Shown: piece by piece, positions 39,607 through 41,513 of the stretch
How positions within the stretch are numbered: position 1 is the stretch's first letter
How the letters are laid out: each line of letters begins with the position of its first letter
DNA from: a virus
IMG/VR virus record: IMGVR_UViG_3300045988_114077
Location: 1 to 41,513 of that record
Reading direction: 5' to 3' (one strand)
Length of the DNA stretch: 41,513 bases
Program-made: the position numbers and the translations under genes
Notes under the pieces: model-generated
The model's input: only the letters and a program-made list of their open reading frames with translations
Database searches by the model: none
What the model was told of the DNA's origin: nothing

Positions 39607-39834
39607 TCATCCTTTCCGCCCGTTTCCGGTCTTAACCGGGTCGATTTCGACCCCTTCCTTGGCCTTGAACCTGATCGGTTCAAAATCGCAGGATGTGCAT
39701 TCTGGCTTAACCCCATACACTTTGCTGCACCAATCAATGTTGATACATTCCCCACAAGTCATGCCATCCGGCAAAAGCATACACTGGCTTTTGCAGTTTT
39801 TGGCTTTGTAGTAATCACAATTTCTGCATTCCAT
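39607..39834 (-). CDS. Cys-rich hypothetical protein (75 aa)
   Basis: Twelve Cys, including CRNC, CGEC and CTSC. SD GGAAGGAG. Confidence 0.55.
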   Translation of the reverse strand: MECRNCDYYKAKNCKSQCMLLPDGMTCGECINIDWCSKVYGVKPECTSCDFEPIRFKAKEGVEIDPVKTGNGRKG

Positions 39835-39872
39835 TGTTATCTCCTTCCCGCCCGGGTCGCCCCGGGCTTGTG

Positions 39873-40310
39873 TTATTTTCGGTAAATTACTACCATGGAC
39901 GGGAACGGTGCCGGGTTCATAGCCGCCCCGTTTTCATCCTCAAATTTTAACCGCCCACGGATAAAGCGGATTTCCGCCTTGCCGTATATGTAGTCGTGGA
40001 AATAGCTTGTGTCCGTCCGTGCCGGAATCAACATGACGATTGTCACACCCCCACGGACATGTTCAGAATATGCCTTTTGAACCCATTTCCCGATCTCCCG
40101 GCCATATGGCGGATTGCAGAACACGGCTCCGTATCCGCTCCAAGGCAGGGAAAGGCCGTTCATTTCAGGGGTGAAAAAACATCTGCACTTGGCGTTCTCT
40201 GGTGTAGCGGCGGCATCTAAGCCAAAATGGAATTCCTGATCCAGTTCCCGAAAAAAGTCTTTCGGCGTTCGCCAGCCCATTTTTACGCTGCTTAACAGTA
40301 CTTTGTTCAT
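39873..40310 (-). CDS. Phage Dam-type DNA N6-adenine methyltransferase
   Basis: WRTPKDFFRELDQEFHFGLDAAA...FCNPPYGREI...IRFIRGRLKF. Confidence 0.85.
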   Translation of the reverse strand: MNKVLLSSVKMGWRTPKDFFRELDQEFHFGLDAAATPENAKCRCFFTPEMNGLSLPWSGYGAVFCNPPYGREIGKWVQKAYSEHVRGGVTIVMLIPARTDTSYFHDYIYGKAEIRFIRGRLKFEDENGAAMNPAPFPSMVVIYRK

Positions 40311-40323
40311 TTTTACCTCGTTT

Positions 40324-40948
40324 CTATCCCCACTGTTCCGCCATTGCAGCGGCGATTCCGGGATACGTCTTGCTTCTGATCTTGGCGCGGTCAGGCCCAG
40401 GCGAGCACCAGTGGTTTTTCTCCCGCAGGCGCTGCGGCAATTGCAGCATTTCCTCCCGGACGTTTTTGGTCGGCACCAGCTTGGGCAAGCCTTTCAGCCA
40501 CAGACACGTGGCTTTCTGCTCCGGGTGCCCGAACATCCATGGCTGGACGATCTGGTCAGGCCTCACGTAGACGGACGACATGATTCCTACAGGGTTTTCC
40601 GTAGCAATCTTGTCAACGGGTGCCAGCGCAAACCGCATGAAGAACACGATGCTTTTCTGCTGGGCGAACGTCCGCTGCTTCTCCGGAAACCATCTGGCGC
40701 CGGACGCGGCCAGATCTGTACACGGCGGATGCGCGATCAGCAAATCCCACCGCCCCACATCATACACCTGTCCGTCCATGGTGGTCACTTGCCCCCCCCT
40801 CGATGGCCTTTAGGGCATCCCCCAGGATATGCCATTCAGGGTGCCCGCCGCTGGGTTCCTGAATATCGCAGGAATAGGCTTCATGCCCCCGCGCCCGGAA
40901 CGCCTTGCACACGGTTTGCGATTCCTCGCAGGCGATCAGAACTTTCAT
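40324..40948 (-). pseudogene. C5-cytosine methyltransferase-like gene split by a frameshift at a G8 tract
   Basis: N-part MKVLIACEESQTVCKAFRARGHEAYSCD (40760..40948). C-part ...WDLLIAHPPCTDLAASG...ATENPVG (40324..40788). Removing one G at 40792-40799 fuses the two frames. Confidence 0.7.
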
Positions 40949-41229
40949 TTCTCGCCATCCTCCACCGGGGAGCGGAGCCACGCAAGCCACACATCCCTGC
41001 ACTGGTCCAGGCTCAAAAGGGCGTCACAGTCCGGAACCGGGCAAGCGTCGCAAAATGTCATCCTGCTCGCTTTCTCCGCCAGCTCCTCGTCCGTCATGGC
41101 CCGGATGCGGTCGGCGTTGGTCCTTGGGAACGTTGCATATGGGCATTTCTCCGGTTCAGCGCACGTCTTCGGGTCAGCGTAATTATACTGCACCGGACAA
41201 TTCAGACCCGTGCATTTAAGATTCCCCAT
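40945..41229 (-). CDS. Cys-rich hypothetical protein (about 94 aa)
   Basis: MGNLKCTGLNCPVQ...NADRIRAMTDEELAEKASRMTFCDACPVPDC. The start could instead be 41247. Confidence 0.55.
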   Translation of the reverse strand: MGNLKCTGLNCPVQYNYADPKTCAEPEKCPYATFPRTNADRIRAMTDEELAEKASRMTFCDACPVPDCDALLSLDQCRDVWLAWLRSPVEDGEK

Positions 41230-41513
41230 CGGTTGCCACCTCCACAAACTCGCCGTTTTTCAGGGTATACGGCGTATCGGCCTTGATCCGCTCCCCGTCC
41301 ACGTACTCGGTCTTTACGCAAACAGGAACAGTCCTGCCTTTTTTGCCGTCATATTTCCACTCGGACAGAGTGATCCAGCAGCCAGCAGGAGCCTTGACTA
41401 CAGAATCGTTCCCTGCGCAGCAAATGACGGAATCGCTGCCGGTGCAATTGATCTGGGCGTAGTACCCGGAGCTGCCGATCTTGGCGGAGTCCCCGGAGCT
41501 GCCGATCTGGGCG
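41216..41513 (-). CDS. DUF7666-like repeat protein, C-terminal part
   Basis: My own translation: ...IGSSGYYAQINCTGSDSVICCAGNDSVVKAPAGCWITLSEWKYDGKKGRTVPVCVKTEYVDGERIKADTPYTLKNGEFVEVATDGES, with stop TAA at comp(41216..41218). Confidence 0.8.
   Translation of the reverse strand, partial: AQIGSSGDSAKIGSSGYYAQINCTGSDSVICCAGNDSVVKAPAGCWITLSEWKYDGKKGRTVPVCVKTEYVDGERIKADTPYTLKNGEFVEVATDGES
41483..41513. repeat. 31-nt terminal direct repeat identical to positions 1-31 (circular-contig overlap)
   Basis: Exact match read directly. Collapsing the overlap keeps the repeat-protein frame: 741 nt plus 267 nt gives 1008 nt. Confidence 0.85.

Overview
The window reads as one complete, circularly closed temperate phage genome of about 41.5 kb. 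Its last 31 nt repeat its first 31 nt, and one gene reads in frame across that junction. It is GC-rich by eye with a few AT-rich islands. Gene content looks like prophages of Clostridia; this host assignment is inference from family types such as the Cys-rich KTR peptide and BhlA/XhlA-like lysis genes.

Layout:
1. Minus-strand early genes (12645 to 9695, 7146 to 738, then across the junction to about 37585). They include a J-domain protein, zinc-ribbon and HTH/RHH proteins, an excisionase-like HTH, a PD-(D/E)XK exonuclease, SSB, an HNH nuclease, a DnaD-like organiser, a DUF7666-like repeat protein, and an anti-restriction island (Lar, ASCH, Dam-type and C5-type methyltransferases).
2. An immunity region at 7190-9660: a low-GC membrane-protein moron, an XRE repressor with back-to-back divergent promoters, and a membrane-anchored XRE protein.
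3. A plus-strand late block at 12955-24650: terS-like, a tRNA-like gene, a KTR peptide, terL, scaffold, capsid, portal, fibres, a bifunctional endolysin and a holin.
4. A separately terminated three-gene cassette, then attP (a tRNA 3' fragment plus six GTTACA arm-type repeats) and a tyrosine integrase.
5. A minus-strand virion block at 37115-27483: a nozzle-like protein, a head-tail adaptor, a Q-rich 493-aa protein and a 1951-aa giant protein. No tube, sheath or tape-measure genes are present, so the virion is podovirus-like.

Most noteworthy observations:
- A perfect cloverleaf tRNA-like gene with anticodon CUA but a non-canonical anticodon loop, lying 4 nt from the SD of a KTR peptide gene.
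- An approximately 340-nt ORF-free structured element closed by a 16-bp stem. It sits directly downstream of a consensus promoter, where a cro gene would be expected.
- A recurring RNA/DNA motif family: the 13-mer GGCCTACCAGAGC three times, and two homologous terminators flanking terL-scaffold.
- Consensus promoters carrying palindromes in their spacers, ahead of small unknown genes followed by HTH genes (acr/aca-like architecture).
- A G8 homopolymer frameshift that splits the C5 methyltransferase.
- A 27-nt coding tandem repeat at the assembly junction.

All functional calls come from motif recognition by eye. No searches were run.
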